DNA from: Eledone cirrhosa
Taxonomy: Eukaryota
NCBI GenBank assembly: GCA_964016885.1
Contig: OZ024741.1
Coordinates: 241,180,001-241,244,000, forward strand
Direction: 5' to 3'
Length of the DNA stretch: 64,000 nt
A program made the translations under genes and the position numbers. Every line of letters begins with the position of its first letter. Position 1 is the stretch's first letter. Below, piece by piece: positions 1 to 15,205 of this stretch. The notes beneath the pieces were generated by a model that saw only the letters and a list, made by a program, of their open reading frames with translations, was not told the origin of the DNA and ran no database searches.

Positions 1-74
1 TATTTTTATAAGATGGTAAGTTGTGTAATTTGAGGAAGACCTGACTGCTAGTCCAGGTAGGTTGAATGACAAAG

Positions 75-255
75 GCAGTATCGGTAGAGGGTCAGACGCC
101 ATGCTTTGCAGCAAAGAGTTACGGCCCTTTATGGTCTGAGTTCAAATCCCGCCGAGGTTAACTTTGCCTTTCATCCTTACGGGGTGGATAAAATAAAGTA
201 CCAGTAATACACTGCGATAATTGTTGACCTTGTGCCAAAAGTAGAAACAATTATT
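75..255 (+). mobile_element. tRNA-derived SINE family A (about 190 bp), representative copy
   Basis: A-box-like tggcagtatcggtagag, B-box GAGTTCAAATCCC, body ttaactttgcctttcatccttacgggg and an (att)n tail. Other copies are at about 17405+, 31505-, 34083-, 35668-, 36063+, 43448-, 43653-, 43870-, 45060+, 45998+, 46438+, 50130+, 51205- and 58130-. Confidence 0.85.
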
Positions 256-884
256 GGTTTAGAATACTGAGTGTTGTCATCGTCGTTGTATATCACTGAC
301 AATTTCTTTTAGGATGGAGTAGTCTCCCTTGAAGCAGTAAAGCGAATACCGAATATTAATGTTTAAAGTAACGTTTCCTCGCCATCACACATGTCCACAC
401 TATTATACTACACCACAACACAATATAGCCTCCCTACCACACTACATGACGATATATCATCTATTCACTACCACATCCACCACACGCCCCCACCACCATA
501 CAACATGTCCTCTGTACCACACTACACTGCCACACAACATGTCCTCATTGCCACACTACACCAACATACATATCCTCACTACCACACTACATCACCATAC
601 AACATATCCTCTCTACCAGACAACACAACATGTTCTCAAAACCACACAATATATCCCCATCACACAATATGTCCTCCTTACCACACAACACATCCCCACC
701 ACACAACACAACCACACAAGATATGCACACACCACCACATGTCCTCACTGCCTCACTACAACACCACACAACATGTCTTCACTGCAACACTCCACCACCA
801 CAAAACGTCCTCACCACTGCATTACACCACCACACAACATGACTTCACCTCACAACTACCACCACCTCCATGACACCACCATAC

Positions 885-3800
885 CACTACCACATGACCA
901 CAATACTACACCATACAACACCAAACTACCACATGATCACAATACTACACCATACAACACCAAACTACCACATGATCACAATAGTACACCATACAACACC
1001 AAACTACCACATGATCACAACACTACACCATACAACACCAAACTACCACATGATCACAATAGTACACCATACAACACCAAACTACCACATGATCACAATT
1101 CTACACCATACAACACCAAACTACCACATGATCATAATAGTACACCATACAACACCAAACTACCACATGATCACAATACTACACCATACAACACCAAACT
1201 ACCACATGATCACAATAGTACACTATACAACACCAAACTACCACATGATCACAATACTACACCATGCAACACCAAACTACCACATGATCACAATAGTACA
1301 CCATACAACACCAAACTACCACATGATCACAATACTACACCATGCAACACCAAACTACCACATGATCACAATACTACACCATACAACACCAAACTACCAC
1401 ATGAACACAATACTACACCATGCAACACCAAACTACCACATGATCACAATACTACACCATACAACACCAAACTACCACATGATCACAATACTACACCATA
1501 CAATACCAAACTACCACATGATCACAATACTACACCATACAACACCAAACTACCACATGATCACAATAGTACACCATACAACACCAAACTACCACATGAT
1601 CACAATACTACACCATACAATACCAAACTACCACATGATCAAAATACTACACCATACAACACCAAACTACCACATGATCACAATAGTACACCATACAACA
1701 CCAAACTACCACATGATCACAATACTACACCATACAACACCAAACTACTGCATGATCACAATACCACACCATACAACACCAAACTACCACATGACCACAA
1801 TACTACACCATACAACACCAAACTACCACATGATCACAATACTACACCATACAACACCAAACTACCACATGATCATAATAGTACACCATACAACACCAAA
1901 CTACCACATGATCACAATACTACACCATACAACACCAAACTACCACATGATCACAATAGTACACTATACAACACCAAACTACCACATGATCACAATACTA
2001 CACCATGCAACACCAAACTACCACATGATCACAATAGTACACCATACAAAACCAAACTACCACATGATAACAATACTACACCATGCAACACCAAACTACC
2101 ACATGATCACAATACTACACCATACAACACCAAACTACCACATGATCACAATACTACACCATGCAACACCAAACTACCACATGATCACAATACTACACCA
2201 TACAACACCAAACTACCACATGATCACAATACTACACCATACAATACCAAACTACCACATGATCACAATACTACACCATACAACACCAAACTACCACATG
2301 ATCACAATAGTACACCATACAACACCAAACTACCACATGATCACAATAATACACCATACAACACCAAACTACCACATGATCACAATACTACACCATACAA
2401 CACCAAACTACCACATGATCACAATAGTACACCATACAACACCAAACTACCACATGATCAGAATACTACACCATACAACACCAAACTACCACATGATCAC
2501 AATAGTACACCATACAACACCAAACTACCACATGATCACAATACTACACCATACAACACCAAACTGCTACATGATCACAATACTACACCACACAACACCA
2601 AACTACCACATGATCACAATACTACACCATACAACACCAAACTACCACATGATCACAATAGTACACCATACAACACCAAACTACCACATGATCACAATAG
2701 TACACCATACAACACCAAACTACTGCATGATCACAATACTACACCATACAACACCAAACTACCACATGATCACAATACTACACCATACAACACCAAACTA
2801 CCACACGATCACAATACTACACCATACAACACCAAACTACCACATGATCACAATAGTACACTATACAACACCAAACTACCACATGATCACAATACTACAC
2901 CATACAACACCAAACTACCACATGATCACAATAGTACACCATACAACACCAAACTACCACATGATCACAATACTACACCATACAACACCAAACTACCACA
3001 TGATCACAATAGTACACTATACAACACCAAACTACCACATTATCACAATACTACACTATACAACACCAAACTACCACATGATCACAATACTACACCATGC
3101 AACACCAAACTACCACATGATCACAATACTACACCATACAACACCAAACTACCACATGATCACAATACTACACCATACAACACCAAACTACCACATGATC
3201 CCAATACTACACCATACAACACCAAACTACCACATGATCACAATACTACACCATACAACACCAAACTACCACATGATCACAATAGTACACCATACAACAC
3301 CAATCTACTGCATGATCACAATAGTACACCATGCAACACCAAACTACCACATGATCACAATAGTACACCATACAACACCAAACTACTGCATGATCACAAT
3401 ACTACACCATGCAACACCAAACTACCACATGATCCCAATACTACACCATACAACACCAAACTACCACATGATCACAATAGTACACCATACAACACCAAAC
3501 TACTGCATGATCACAATAGTACACCATGCAACACCAAACTACCACATGATCACAATAGTACACCATACAACACCAAACTACTGCATGATCACAATACTAC
3601 ACCATGCAACACCAAACTACCACATGATCCCAATACTACACCATACAACACCAAACTACCACATGATCCCAATACTACACCATACAACACCAAACTACCA
3701 CATGATCACAATACTACACCATACAACACCAAACTACCACATGATCACAATAGTACACCATACAACACCAAACTACTGCATGATCACAATAGTACACCAT

Positions 3801-4386
3801 GCAACACCAAACTACCACATGATCACAATAGTACACCATACAACACCAAACTACTGCATGATCACAATACTACACCATACAACACCAAACTATCACATGA
3901 TCCCAATACTACACCATACAACACCAAACTACCACATGATCACAATACTACACCATACAACACCAAACTACTACATGGTCACAATAGTACACTATACAAC
4001 ACCAAACTACTGCATGATCACAATACTACACCATGCAACACCAAACTACCACATGATCACAATAGTACACCATACAACACCAAACTACTGCATGATCACA
4101 ATACTACACCATACAACACCAAACTACCACATGATCACAATAGTACACTATACAACACCAAACTACCACATGATCACAATACCACACCATACAACACCAA
4201 ACTACCACATGATCACAATAGTACACCATACAACACCAAACTACCACATGATCACAATACTACACCATACAACACCAAACTACCACATGATCACAATAGT
4301 ACACCATACAACACCAAACTACCACATGATCCCAATACTACACCATACAACACCAAACTACCACATGATCACAATACTACACCACA
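885..4386. repeat. 39-bp minisatellite, about 90 copies
   Basis: Unit ACTACCACATGATCACAATACTACACCATACAACACCAA, highly homogeneous, flanked by degenerate CAC/ACA-rich sequence (380-885, 4386-4645). Confidence 0.97.
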
Positions 4387-4752
4387 TCAAACTCCAATTC
4401 CCCCATCATTGCCACCATACAAGATTACACCCTCTACTACCACATCACACCACTACAATAAACATACTGCACTAATCTACACCACTGCACCATACTCTTT
4501 ACCACTACATCACACCACACCACCACACAACATCACCACACCACACAGCATCTCACCATCACACCACACTACATCACCACACCACACTACCACACACCAC
4601 CACACCATATCACGACACCACTACACCACATCTTACCACCACCATATATGACCATCTATGTATATCTCATTGATGTGGTTGATTTGAGAATGAAATTATT
4701 TTCGTTGATGAAAATTTGATGAAAAAGATTTTTTCATAATTCACATTCCATT

Positions 4753-5530
<778 letters not shown>

Positions 5531-5699
5531 GCACCATCCTTGCCACCATCAACACTATATCTCCATGGTTGATCACTTCACCTATGATTATAATCTTCAT
5601 ACTTCACTGAAAATCAAATTAATTCATTTTGTTTTCAGTGGTTTTAATTTTCTCTTGAAATTCAAAATTTTAACCACATTGTGGATTCTATTGCTGATA

Positions 5700-7172
5700 C
5701 AGTTGATGTTGTTGGTGGTGGCAGTGGTGGTAGTGTTGTTGGTGGTGGTGTTGATGATGGTGGTGGTGATAGTGTTGTTGTTGGTGGCAGTGGTGATAGT
5801 GTTGTTGGTGGTGGTGTTGATGATGGTGGTGGTGACAGTGTTGTTGTTGGTGGCAGTGCTGATAGTGTTGTTGTTGGTGGCAGTGGTGATAGCGTTGTTG
5901 GTGGTGGCAGTGGTGGTAGTGTTGTTGGTGGTGGTGTTGATGATGGTGGTGGTGACAGTGTTGTTGTTGGTGGCAGTGGTGATAGTGTTGTTGGTGGTGG
6001 TGTTGATGATGGTGGTGGTGACAGTGTTGTTGTTGGTGGCAGTGCTGATAGTGTTGTTGTTGGTGGCAGTGGTGATAGCGTTGTTGGTGGTGGCAGTGGT
6101 GGTAGTGTTGTTAGTGGTGGTGTTGTTGATGGTGGTGGTGATAGTGTTGTTGTTGGTGGCAGTGGTGATAGTGTTGTTGGTGGTGGCAGTGGTGATAGTG
6201 TTGTTGGTGGTGGTGTTGATGATGGTGGTGGTGACAGTGTTGTTGTTGGTGGCAGTGCTGATAGTGTTGTTGTTGGTGGCAGTGGTGATAGCGTTGTTGG
6301 TGGTGGCAGTGGTGGTAGTGTTGTTGGTGGTGGTGTTGATGATGGTGGTGGTGACAGTGTTGTTGTTGGTGGCAGTGGTGATAGTGTTGTTGGTGGTGGT
6401 GTTGATGATGGTGGTGGTGACAGTGTTGTTGTTGGTGGCAGTGCTGATAGTGTTGTTGTTGGTGGCAGTGGTGATAGCGTTGTTGGTGGTGGCAGTGGTG
6501 ATAGTGTTGTTGGTGGTGGTGTTGATGATGGTGGTGGTGACAGTGTTGTTGTTGGTGGCAGTGCTGATAGTGTTGTTGTTGGTGGCAGTGGTGATAGCGT
6601 TGTTGGTGGTGGCAGTGGTGGTAGTGTTGTTAGTGGTGGTGTTGTTGATGGTGGTGGTGATAGCGTTGTTGGTGGTGGCAGTGGTGATAGTGTTGTTGGT
6701 GGTGGTGTTGATGGTGGTGACAGTGTTGTTGTTGGTGGCAGTGGTGATAGTGTTGTTGTTGGTGGCAGTGGTGGTAGTGTTGTTGTTGGTGGCAGTGGTG
6801 ATAGTGTTGTTGGTGGTGGCAGTGGTGGTAGTGTTGTTGGTGGTGGCAGTGGTGGTAGTGTTGTTGGTGGTGGCAGACGTTTTGTTGTTGGTGGTGGTGG
6901 TGTTGATGTTGTTGTTGGTGGTAGTGTTGTTGTTGTTGATGGCAGTGGTGATAGTGTTGTTGGTGGTGGCAGTGGTGATAGTGTTGTTGGTGGTGGTGGT
7001 GGTGGAGTTGATGATGGTGGTGGCAGTGTTGATGTTGGTGGTGATGGTGTTATTGATGTTGGTGGTGGTAGTGTTGTTGTTGATGGTGGCGATGGTAGTG
7101 TTGTTAGTGGTGGTAGTGTTTCTGTTGGTGGTGATGGTGTTGTTGATGTTGGTGGTTTTGCTGTTGTTGCTT
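5700..7172. repeat. GGT/GTT low-complexity minisatellite
   Basis: Reiterated ggtggcagtggtgatagtgttgttggt blocks with larger internal duplications. Confidence 0.9.
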
Positions 7173-8137
7173 GTTTAACCCTAGGTACCTCCTAGTTTAG
7201 CAGAAGCATTGTAAATCTTCCATACTTTTATCTTCTACTGTAGCCATGGTTTACCTAAAACCTTGTGAAAAGGTATTTGTAGGTATCAGATTAAATGCCT
7301 TGTGGTATTTTTTCCAGCTCTCAATGTTCTAAGTTCAAATATCACTGAGGTCAAATTTATCTTTCATCATTTCAGGTCGGTATTTCTGGACAGTGGAATG
7401 CTGGAATTTCCAAAGCATCAGCTTTGAAGCCTTGCAAAATCTCTTTTGGTCTGTTGTGTTTTGGTCTGCAGTGCCACTGATATTTATTTCCTTTGGTCAA
7501 CATCAGCGGAATAGAGAAAGAAGAGATTTGCATGAATGGGTGACAGCTATTCTTCTACAGAAACATTGCTTGTGCTTTGAAGAGAAATTTCCTAGGTGCA
7601 GATAGACATCCAGAGACCTCCAGATATTGGATATAGAAACAGAGTGTACATGGCTGCCAGATAAGTCTTTTGGGGGCCATAAGCACTACAAAGACTATGA
7701 TGTTCCCACCCTTTCACCTATATATAAATACTGCAAAAAGAAAAAAGAAGTTTTGAATAACAAATACATTTCATTTTAATATGAAGGGAATCCAGCCAGA
7801 AAAACACTGCCAAAAACTATAACATGCACAATGATTCACAGTAATTGCATACACTGGGTCCAACCCATGCAAGCATGGAAAAGCAGATGTGAAATGATGA
7901 AGATGATGATTGTACCTTTCTCCTCTTGGTTCCCTAAACATGTGCATATTTTGCTTAATGGTAGCAGAAATACTAGGCACAGTAAAACAAGTAAATGAGA
8001 ACCTTACATGGGGCTCCTTTATACAGACTTCAGTATACTAGAAAAATGTATGTTTTAAGAAGAGTACTATAGTAAATATACAGTAGCTTTTATTTTTTTT
8101 ATAAGTACTCTCGGGTCTTGAATAATGCCACCCCATC

Positions 8138-11100
8138 CAGGGCTGGATTAAAACCCTTAGAGGCCCTAAGCACTACAAAATATTGGTGCCCCATACATTT
8201 GTAGATAAAAAAAAACAATAATATATGGTAAATTAAAGTTTTATTTATTGAAATTTCAAAATAAAGCAAAACATACAGAAAGAGAGAATTTAATTTATTG
8301 AATAATTTTTTCCTGCTTTTTTTTCTTGCAAAGTCTTTGATCAGATCCTCGTAACCAATCTTGCGTAACACTTCTGCTTCTATACACAATAGGGATAAAG
8401 CATCCAGCCTGTATTGTTGCATGGTTGTTCTGAAGGGATTTTTTATATATTTCAACCGTGAAAATGAATGCTCCGCTGAGCAGTTAGTAACCATTAATGT
8501 TAAAAATATACGAAAGGCTATGTCTACATTTGGAAAGGCACACTCAATATTGTCTTTTACAATAATTTTATAAAGTTCAGCATGATTAAATCTTGTTTTT
8601 ACATTTTCTGTTCTACTCATCTTATTTCGCACATATAAATGAAACTGCTGAAGCTCAGCTGAGAAATTACTATTGAAATCCTCTGGATAAGCATCGATCA
8701 ACTTTTGACAGTACTGAGAATACCTTTCAATATTAGTAGCTGTTGGAGTGCCTATATTTGGCACATCACTAAGAAAAGAAAATTTCTCTGCCATTTCTTT
8801 GTATATGTCTCCTCTTCTTTCCATCTCAGCTGCAAGTTTGTCAACAACTGTGTAAAATGTGGTGATACGAAACTTATCTCTGGCATCTAAATAAACTTCT
8901 ACTGTATCTCCGTCATTGGGTACTTTTTTTCTAATACGTTTGCGAGTTGCAGTTGTCCTGTAATCAACATCTGGAAGAATTTCCTTGGCCTCTTTTTCAT
9001 ATCTTTCAAATTCATCTTGTGAGGTGTTCAGTTGGTCAGCTAATGATACATAGAGATCTGCACATGTCTTTAAGTTTGCATCCTCATTTTGTAGAACTTT
9101 GCTTACTCTGTAAAAATTCTGCAAAATCGCATTCCAAAAAATCAACATAAAAACGAATTCTAGCTCTTGCATCTTATCAACAATATTATTTGCCTCTCTT
9201 CTAGCGTCTCCCTTTTGTGATTGATCTTCGGCTATATATTCTATTTCATGGAACGATTTCAAGATTGCTGCTGTTGCCATAGCATGTGCTTCCCATCTTG
9301 TATCAGAGAGGGATTTCAAGACACATTCATTCTTAATACAATCTTTGAGAATTTTCCAACAGTTAGTGGAAGCAGGAAAAAAATTATAGAGTAACTGTAC
9401 TGTAGAGAAAAAATTAACAGCCTCTTGACAGCAGTCAACAGCACTCCGGCCAACAAGATTTAATGAATGAGCTGCACAGGGCACATATATAGCAAACTTG
9501 TTTGTTTCTAAAATTTTTTGCTGCATCCCCTTATAACGCCCAGACATGTTAGCAGCATTGTCATAAGTCTGACCCCTACATTTTGAAACATTTAACCCAC
9601 AAGCTTCACGTAAATGCAGCAGCACCTGGTTCGCCATATTTTCGCCAGTGTGGTTTTCTATTATGATGAAGGTTAAAAATCGTTCAGTAGGCTGTCCATC
9701 TTGTAAATACCTAACTACAACACTCAATTGATCGCTATGTGATCAATTTGGTGTTGAATCAACAGACAAACTAACATAGCCAGAAGATTTAACTTCGTTA
9801 GTAATGAACTCACGGACCTTTTGTGCCATTAGTTGAATAATTTCCTCGATAGTGGTTTTTGACATGTAAGAAGGATTTCCTTTTCTAGAATTTCCATATT
9901 TAGAAATGTGGCCTGCTAAAAATGGATCAAACTGGCTTATGAGTTCAAGCAGCCCTAAAAAATTCCCATTTTGCAACAATCCAAACTTCTCTTCACTTCC
10001 TCGAAAGGCATGCCACATTCAGCTAACATACAAATAACAGTTATGACACACCTCAAAACGTGTTCCCAGTAATTGCACTCTTCATGAATTTGTTTCTCCA
10101 AATCTGACTTTAACCCCGCACGTTGCCTGCGAGTTAAATATGCCAGCAAAGAGTCTCGGTGAATAATGCTTTTCTCATACTTTTCAATTACAATAGTATT
10201 GCGCCAATCACTGAACCCTTCTCTTGAAACAAAAATTGAATTTTTTTCATGAGCAAACAGTTTACAAACAAAACAATAAACTGATCCTCTTGATGGTGAA
10301 TAGAGTAACCACTCTATCTTGTATTTTTCACCATTGGCTTTTGTCCCAATAAAAAGTTTCTGTGAGTAATACCCTACTGGTTTGCCACTACTAAAATGAC
10401 AGCAAGACTTTTCAAATGGCCTGTTGTGGTGTTGACAAATACTGGGTTCACAAGTAATCCAATAAGCTATATCATTAGCAGAGAAATCAAGCCACATTCC
10501 TGGATCATTCGCTAAATTGTAATTTTCTTCATTTTTTACAGGCAAACTAATTTCACCGCCATTGTCACAGTGCTCTAAACTTCTATTTTCAGCAATTATT
10601 TGAGCCTTATCATCATTTGCAGTAGAGGTATCTGAATAAAGAGAATTCACAGGCAAAGTAAGATCAGTTGTGAGACATGTGCTGGATGAACATGCTTGCG
10701 ACATCTCGGTACTTCTAATGCCATCATATTTTGATTCTGAAGTAATCAAAGTTGTATTTGCCGTATTCATGTCTACTTCTGATAACGTATATCGGTTTTG
10801 ACCTGGAATATGTAAATCATGTTGTGGAACTTGTGAGAAAAAATTAGTCAGCTTTACTGTCTTGCGATCTAATTCCGAAGCTTTTTCTTGTTTCTTGTTT
10901 GAAAGTTTTCGTTTTTGTGCCCCACTTAACTGAATGCGTTTCATCTTGGTTTTGGGGATCTGTTAATTAGATTTGAATGGTTAGATTTTTGGGGGATCTG
11001 CTAATTAGATCTGATGGTTAGATTTGAAAAAGGATGGTGTGAACCCAAATAAACAATCAGCAAATACAGTTATAAAATTAAAGCTTGAGTTTGTTCAGAT

Positions 11101-11666
11101 AAAAAAAATGTTAAAAAAAATAAAAAAATTATGTAGAAATAAAAAAGTTATACTATATAGCAGATAATCTAGAACACAAATGACAATTATTTTTGATATG
11201 GAGTCTACAATATTAAAAGGTTCAAGTTCAAAAATAAATTTGTAAAAAAAACTAAAAAACCCTAATGAACAGAATTGTTAATAAAAAGAAGCAGAAAATA
11301 AACCTTGGTTAGTTGGGATTGGGAGTATCAAAAAACTTTCAGCTGGTGGCTATATTCATAAACCTTAAAAAACATTTCAACAAGCATGTAGCCATTTTAA
11401 AATTGAACCAGAATACATTGGAGTTTCAGAAAAATTTCTAAAGATAAATGTCGGAAAAACTGAGATTTAACAAATAAACTGAAATGAACAACTATGTTTA
11501 TACCGAATTTATTAATTTCTTATTTCATTTTGAAAATTGCTATAAAATTAATTAATTTAATAATTTAAACTGTAAATTCATCATATAAAATAATTTTGAG
11601 GTGCCCCTTCTTCCTTTGATGCCCTAAGCATGTGCTTTCTTTGCTTATATTGTTAATCCACCACTG
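8138..11666 (-). mobile_element. hAT-superfamily DNA transposon (ZMYM1-like transposase type), full length but decayed
   Basis: Imperfect 14-bp TIRs: CAGGGCTGGATTAA at 8138 versus the reverse complement CAGTGGTGGATTAA ending 11666. The subterminal motif GCCCTAAGCA occurs at both ends, and the element encloses the transposase ORFs. The candidate 8-bp TSD matches only 5/8 (accccatc/cccctacc). Confidence 0.85.
8300..10944 (-). pseudogene. hAT transposase pseudogene (TTF-type zinc finger, DUF4371-like region, RNase H-like core, hATC dimerisation domain)
   Basis: Motifs WLLYS..VYCFVCKLF, AFRG..NGNFLGLLELISQFD, DSTPN*SHSDQLSVVVRY, GQTYDNAANMSG, CAAHSLNL, SDTRW and VTNCSAEHSFSRLK. Split by a frameshift near 10010 and an in-frame TGA at 9743-9745. 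The native stop appears lost, so the ORF reads through the TIR to 8099. Confidence 0.9.
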
Positions 11667-12565
11667 CCCCTACCGCCGCTCTTATTCCATCCCCACTCCG
11701 TTTATTAAATTTTGCTAATCTATCTCCAGTGAAATTTGATTTTAAGTTGTAGCATTTCTGCAACAATTAATTTTCTTTATACATTAAAAACATTATACAT
11801 GACAAAAAAAGTACATTACTAGAAATCCCATACATTATAAAATACATAGGATGGGTTGGGGGTCTCAATATGTAAACTAAATCACTAATTCTGGTTTTTT
11901 AAAAATCACCTGAGACAACCAAGAAAAATTACAAATTTTCCAAACCCCAGCTTATCCACCCTCCTATTATTTGGGACCCCGAGAGTACTTTTGGTAGAAT
12001 ATTTGTCGAAGGGGATGATGTGGGTCTTGTTTTGATGAATGGGTGGGAGTTGTGTACTGTTGGTAGTGTTGGTCGTTGTTGTGTACTGTTGGTAGTGTTG
12101 GTGGTTGTTGTGGCAGTGTTGGTGTTAGATCTGGCTCTGGTAGTGATGGTAGTGATGGTGTTAGAGCTGGTTCTGGTGGTGGTGGTGGTGGTGGTAGTGG
12201 TATTGTTTGTATTATAGCTGGTCCTGGTGCTGGCAGCGTTGGTGTTAGAGCTGGTCCTGGTGGTGGTGATAGTAGTTGTAGCAGTGGGTAGTTGAATTAT
12301 TTACTCATTCTTGTACTTCCAATTTCTAAAGTTTCACAATTCCTTTATTGTCCTTTCCCTCAGGTAACCTAAGATATGTGTCTCATTGATACAACATAAT
12401 TACATCACGTCTCTATCACTTTCTTTTCTTTCCCTTTTTTTTTCCAGTCTTTCTTCCTTGGCAAAATCATGGAATGATGACATTATGTTTGAACTTGAAA
12501 CTACAGATTGCAAACTTTTCTAGATATTTATTCAATTTAGACTTCTTGCCAGAATCTTCTACTGC

Positions 12566-12621
<56 letters not shown>

Positions 12622-13353
12622 TAATAAAGAGTCTCCAATAAATTTTCACCAAGATCATATCAGTACCAATCTGTTTAAAGCAGAACTGAGGTAAAGAAAA
12701 AAAAAAAGAAATACAAAAAAAAGGAATATAAAAAATAGTAATAATAAAAAATTGCCTTGGGTATAACGATGACTTAATTGAAATTAATTAAATATACTTC
12801 AAACTTTCAACTCCGATCTTCAGTTGACATCAGAGTCTGTATTTCTACTGACAATTACTGGTGGCGGGGAAGTTAATGTAGTATGTTTTTATTTAATTTT
12901 TATTTACTGTCAATGTTGTTAGTATTGTTGATGATGGTGTGGTTGTTGTTATTAATATTGTTGTTTGTAGTAGTAGTTGTTCTTCCTATTGTTGCTGTTC
13001 TTGTTGGTGCTGTTGTTATTATTGTTGTTCTTGTTGTTGTTGGTGTCATTGCCATCTTTCTTGTTGGTAGCATTGTTACTGTTTGGTGTTGTTGTTGATG
13101 TTGTAGTAGTTGTGATGATTGTTGTTGTTCCTGTTAGTGATATTGTTGTTATTTTGTTGTCACTTTTGTGGGAGCTGTTAATGTTGTTGTCGTTGGAGGT
13201 TTTGTAGTAGTAGTAGTAGTAGAAATAATAGTAGTAGCAGTAGTAGTAGTGGTAGTCAGTAACTATGTTAGAAGTCTCTGTAGACCTTCAGCAAATAAAT
13301 ACTTCTTTACTGAATATACTCAATATCTTGGTGAAATGATATGTATATGTATA

Positions 13354-13388
<35 letters not shown>

Positions 13389-13783
13389 TCATTATATACA
13401 CTTAGCCTTCTTTCTTTCCCTATCTTCATCAAAACACCACCACCACCACCATCACTACTATTATCACTATAAACCACTACATCACAATTACCTCAATCAA
13501 CTCCTACACTACCACCACAGCCACCATCATCACCATTACCACTATCAACTACTACACCACCAGCACAACTACCAGCACCACCATCCACCACTACACCATC
13601 ACCACAACTACCACTCACCCAATGTAAATATCTTTCTAAATCTAATTAACTTCTTTTACTTTTCTGTTTTTACTTTAAAAGGCTTTGAAAAAAAGATACT
13701 GAATAGTTATGTAGATAATTAAAAACAAATAAAAAAAGTTAATACAAGTTTAATTTTCAGGTCAGCTGGCAGCAAGATCACTG

Positions 13784-14204
13784 TTTCAAACCTCTACTTT
13801 ACTATATGGCTCAGAAGTTTGGTTCTGGGTTTCATCTGATAACACTGTACAGTAGGCAGACATCTTCTACTGTGAAGTGGTGAGGTTGATGCAGTGGGTG
13901 TTGCTGGCTGTTCTAAATGACTATGACTTCGCCATTTTGGTCTTGGGGTGCAGTTGAAATATACCAAGAAGACTAGGACACGTCAGTTGTGTCAAAGACA
14001 TGATAATCTCTCTAGTGGTGGTGACACAATAAAATGCACTTCAAACCTTTACTGTACTGTGCTATACAACTCAGAACTTTGGTTCTGGGTTTTATCTGAC
14101 AACACTGTACAGTGGGCAGGCATCTTCTACTGTGAGGAGATGAGGTTGATGCAGCAGGTGTTGATGGCTGTTCTAAATGGCTATGCTTAGCCTTTTGGTC
14201 TTGG
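13784..14204. repeat. Diverged direct duplication of about 160 bp (13784-13945 and 14040-14204)
   Basis: Both copies contain ttcaaacct...tttggttctgggttt.atctga.aacactgtacagt...catcttctactgtga...gaggttgatgcag...ggctgttctaaatg.ctatg...ttttggtcttgg. Confidence 0.8.
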
Positions 14205-14219
14205 TGTATTTTTCAACTG

Positions 14220-14450
14220 CAATAGTTATTGATACACTGGTGTTCATAGGAATATGATTCAGTGTTAGCCAATTGTAATTATTTCTCCTTTATTTTTCTT
14301 CTGTTTGTATAGTGTTGAAGGATTCTATTGTTCTGAAACTAAATGATATTTCATATACCAGGGGTTGTAGAATAACTAGCTTTTGTACCTGTCGAATGAT
14401 TTGTTATTATAGATAGTTGTTTTTGTTGAAGAGTTAACTAAGAAGAGAAT
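14220..14450 (-). mobile_element. Degenerate Penelope-like element fragment (RT-EN linker)
   Basis: The minus strand reads KASYSTTPGI*NII..NNRIL, resembling the K.SYS..PN...II..HN..IL motif of Penelope-like ORFs. Multiple stops. Confidence 0.35.
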
Positions 14451-15123
14451 GTGTTTTGTCACTCAGATTTGGATGTTCATGCTCAATAGTGGATTAGATC
14501 AAGTCATATTTTTGTCCTTCATATGCTTTTTTGTAATGAATGAGTTGTGGATGACTCAGGAGTTTGTTTTGTAATTATTAGGGCCCAAGTTCAATCCCAC
14601 TATGTGGCATCTTGGGCAAGTGTCATTTACTATAGACTTGAGTTGACCCATACCTTGTGAATGAAATTGGGTAGACAGAAGGTGTTTGGAAACCTGTCAG
14701 ATGGATTGTGCCTCTATTTTAAAGAGCCAGCTAAGTCAGACAATGTATCATGCTAAATCTCCCTGGGGATTAAGTTAAGGCTACACGTATCTGTAGAGTG
14801 CTCAGGCACTTGCAGGTTAATTTCATAAGCATGCTGTTCCATTGATGGAGCAACTGGAACACTCATCATGAAACCAATGGAGGTCCATTTCACAGTCAAT
14901 GGTTTCTTATTTATGAAATGGCTACAAACCTATACCTTGTCCTAAAAAATTTATTTTATTAAGATTTGGCTACTATTTCTAGCAATCGTATATAAGTTAT
15001 TTTGTTTTATTTGTAAATGTGTATTGTTATATTTGTTATATATATAAGTTATTCTTATTCTTTTTCTTTTTCTTCTTGGTAGGGTCATGGTGGAAGAGTC
15101 TTCAAACACACCTTCCACACACA

Positions 15124-15205
<82 letters not shown>

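Larger units (their letters stand above)
8106..11987. mobile_element. TA-flanked MITE (Tc1/mariner-like, about 350 bp) interrupted by the hAT element
   Basis: TACTCTCGGGTCTTGAATAAT (8106-8126) is an inverted match to ATTATTTGGGACCCCGAGAGTA (11966-11987). The body 11700-11987 recurs at about 33775-34040. Confidence 0.7.

Noticed and set aside
359-4651. 1430-aa and 1201-aa His/Thr-rich ORFs
   Set aside because: Translations of a 39-bp minisatellite whose composition avoids stops; no signal peptide, unique domain or splice context.
5565-7195. Val-rich and Gly/Ser/Asp-rich ORFs resembling structural proteins
   Set aside because: GGT/GTT low-complexity repeat open in several frames.
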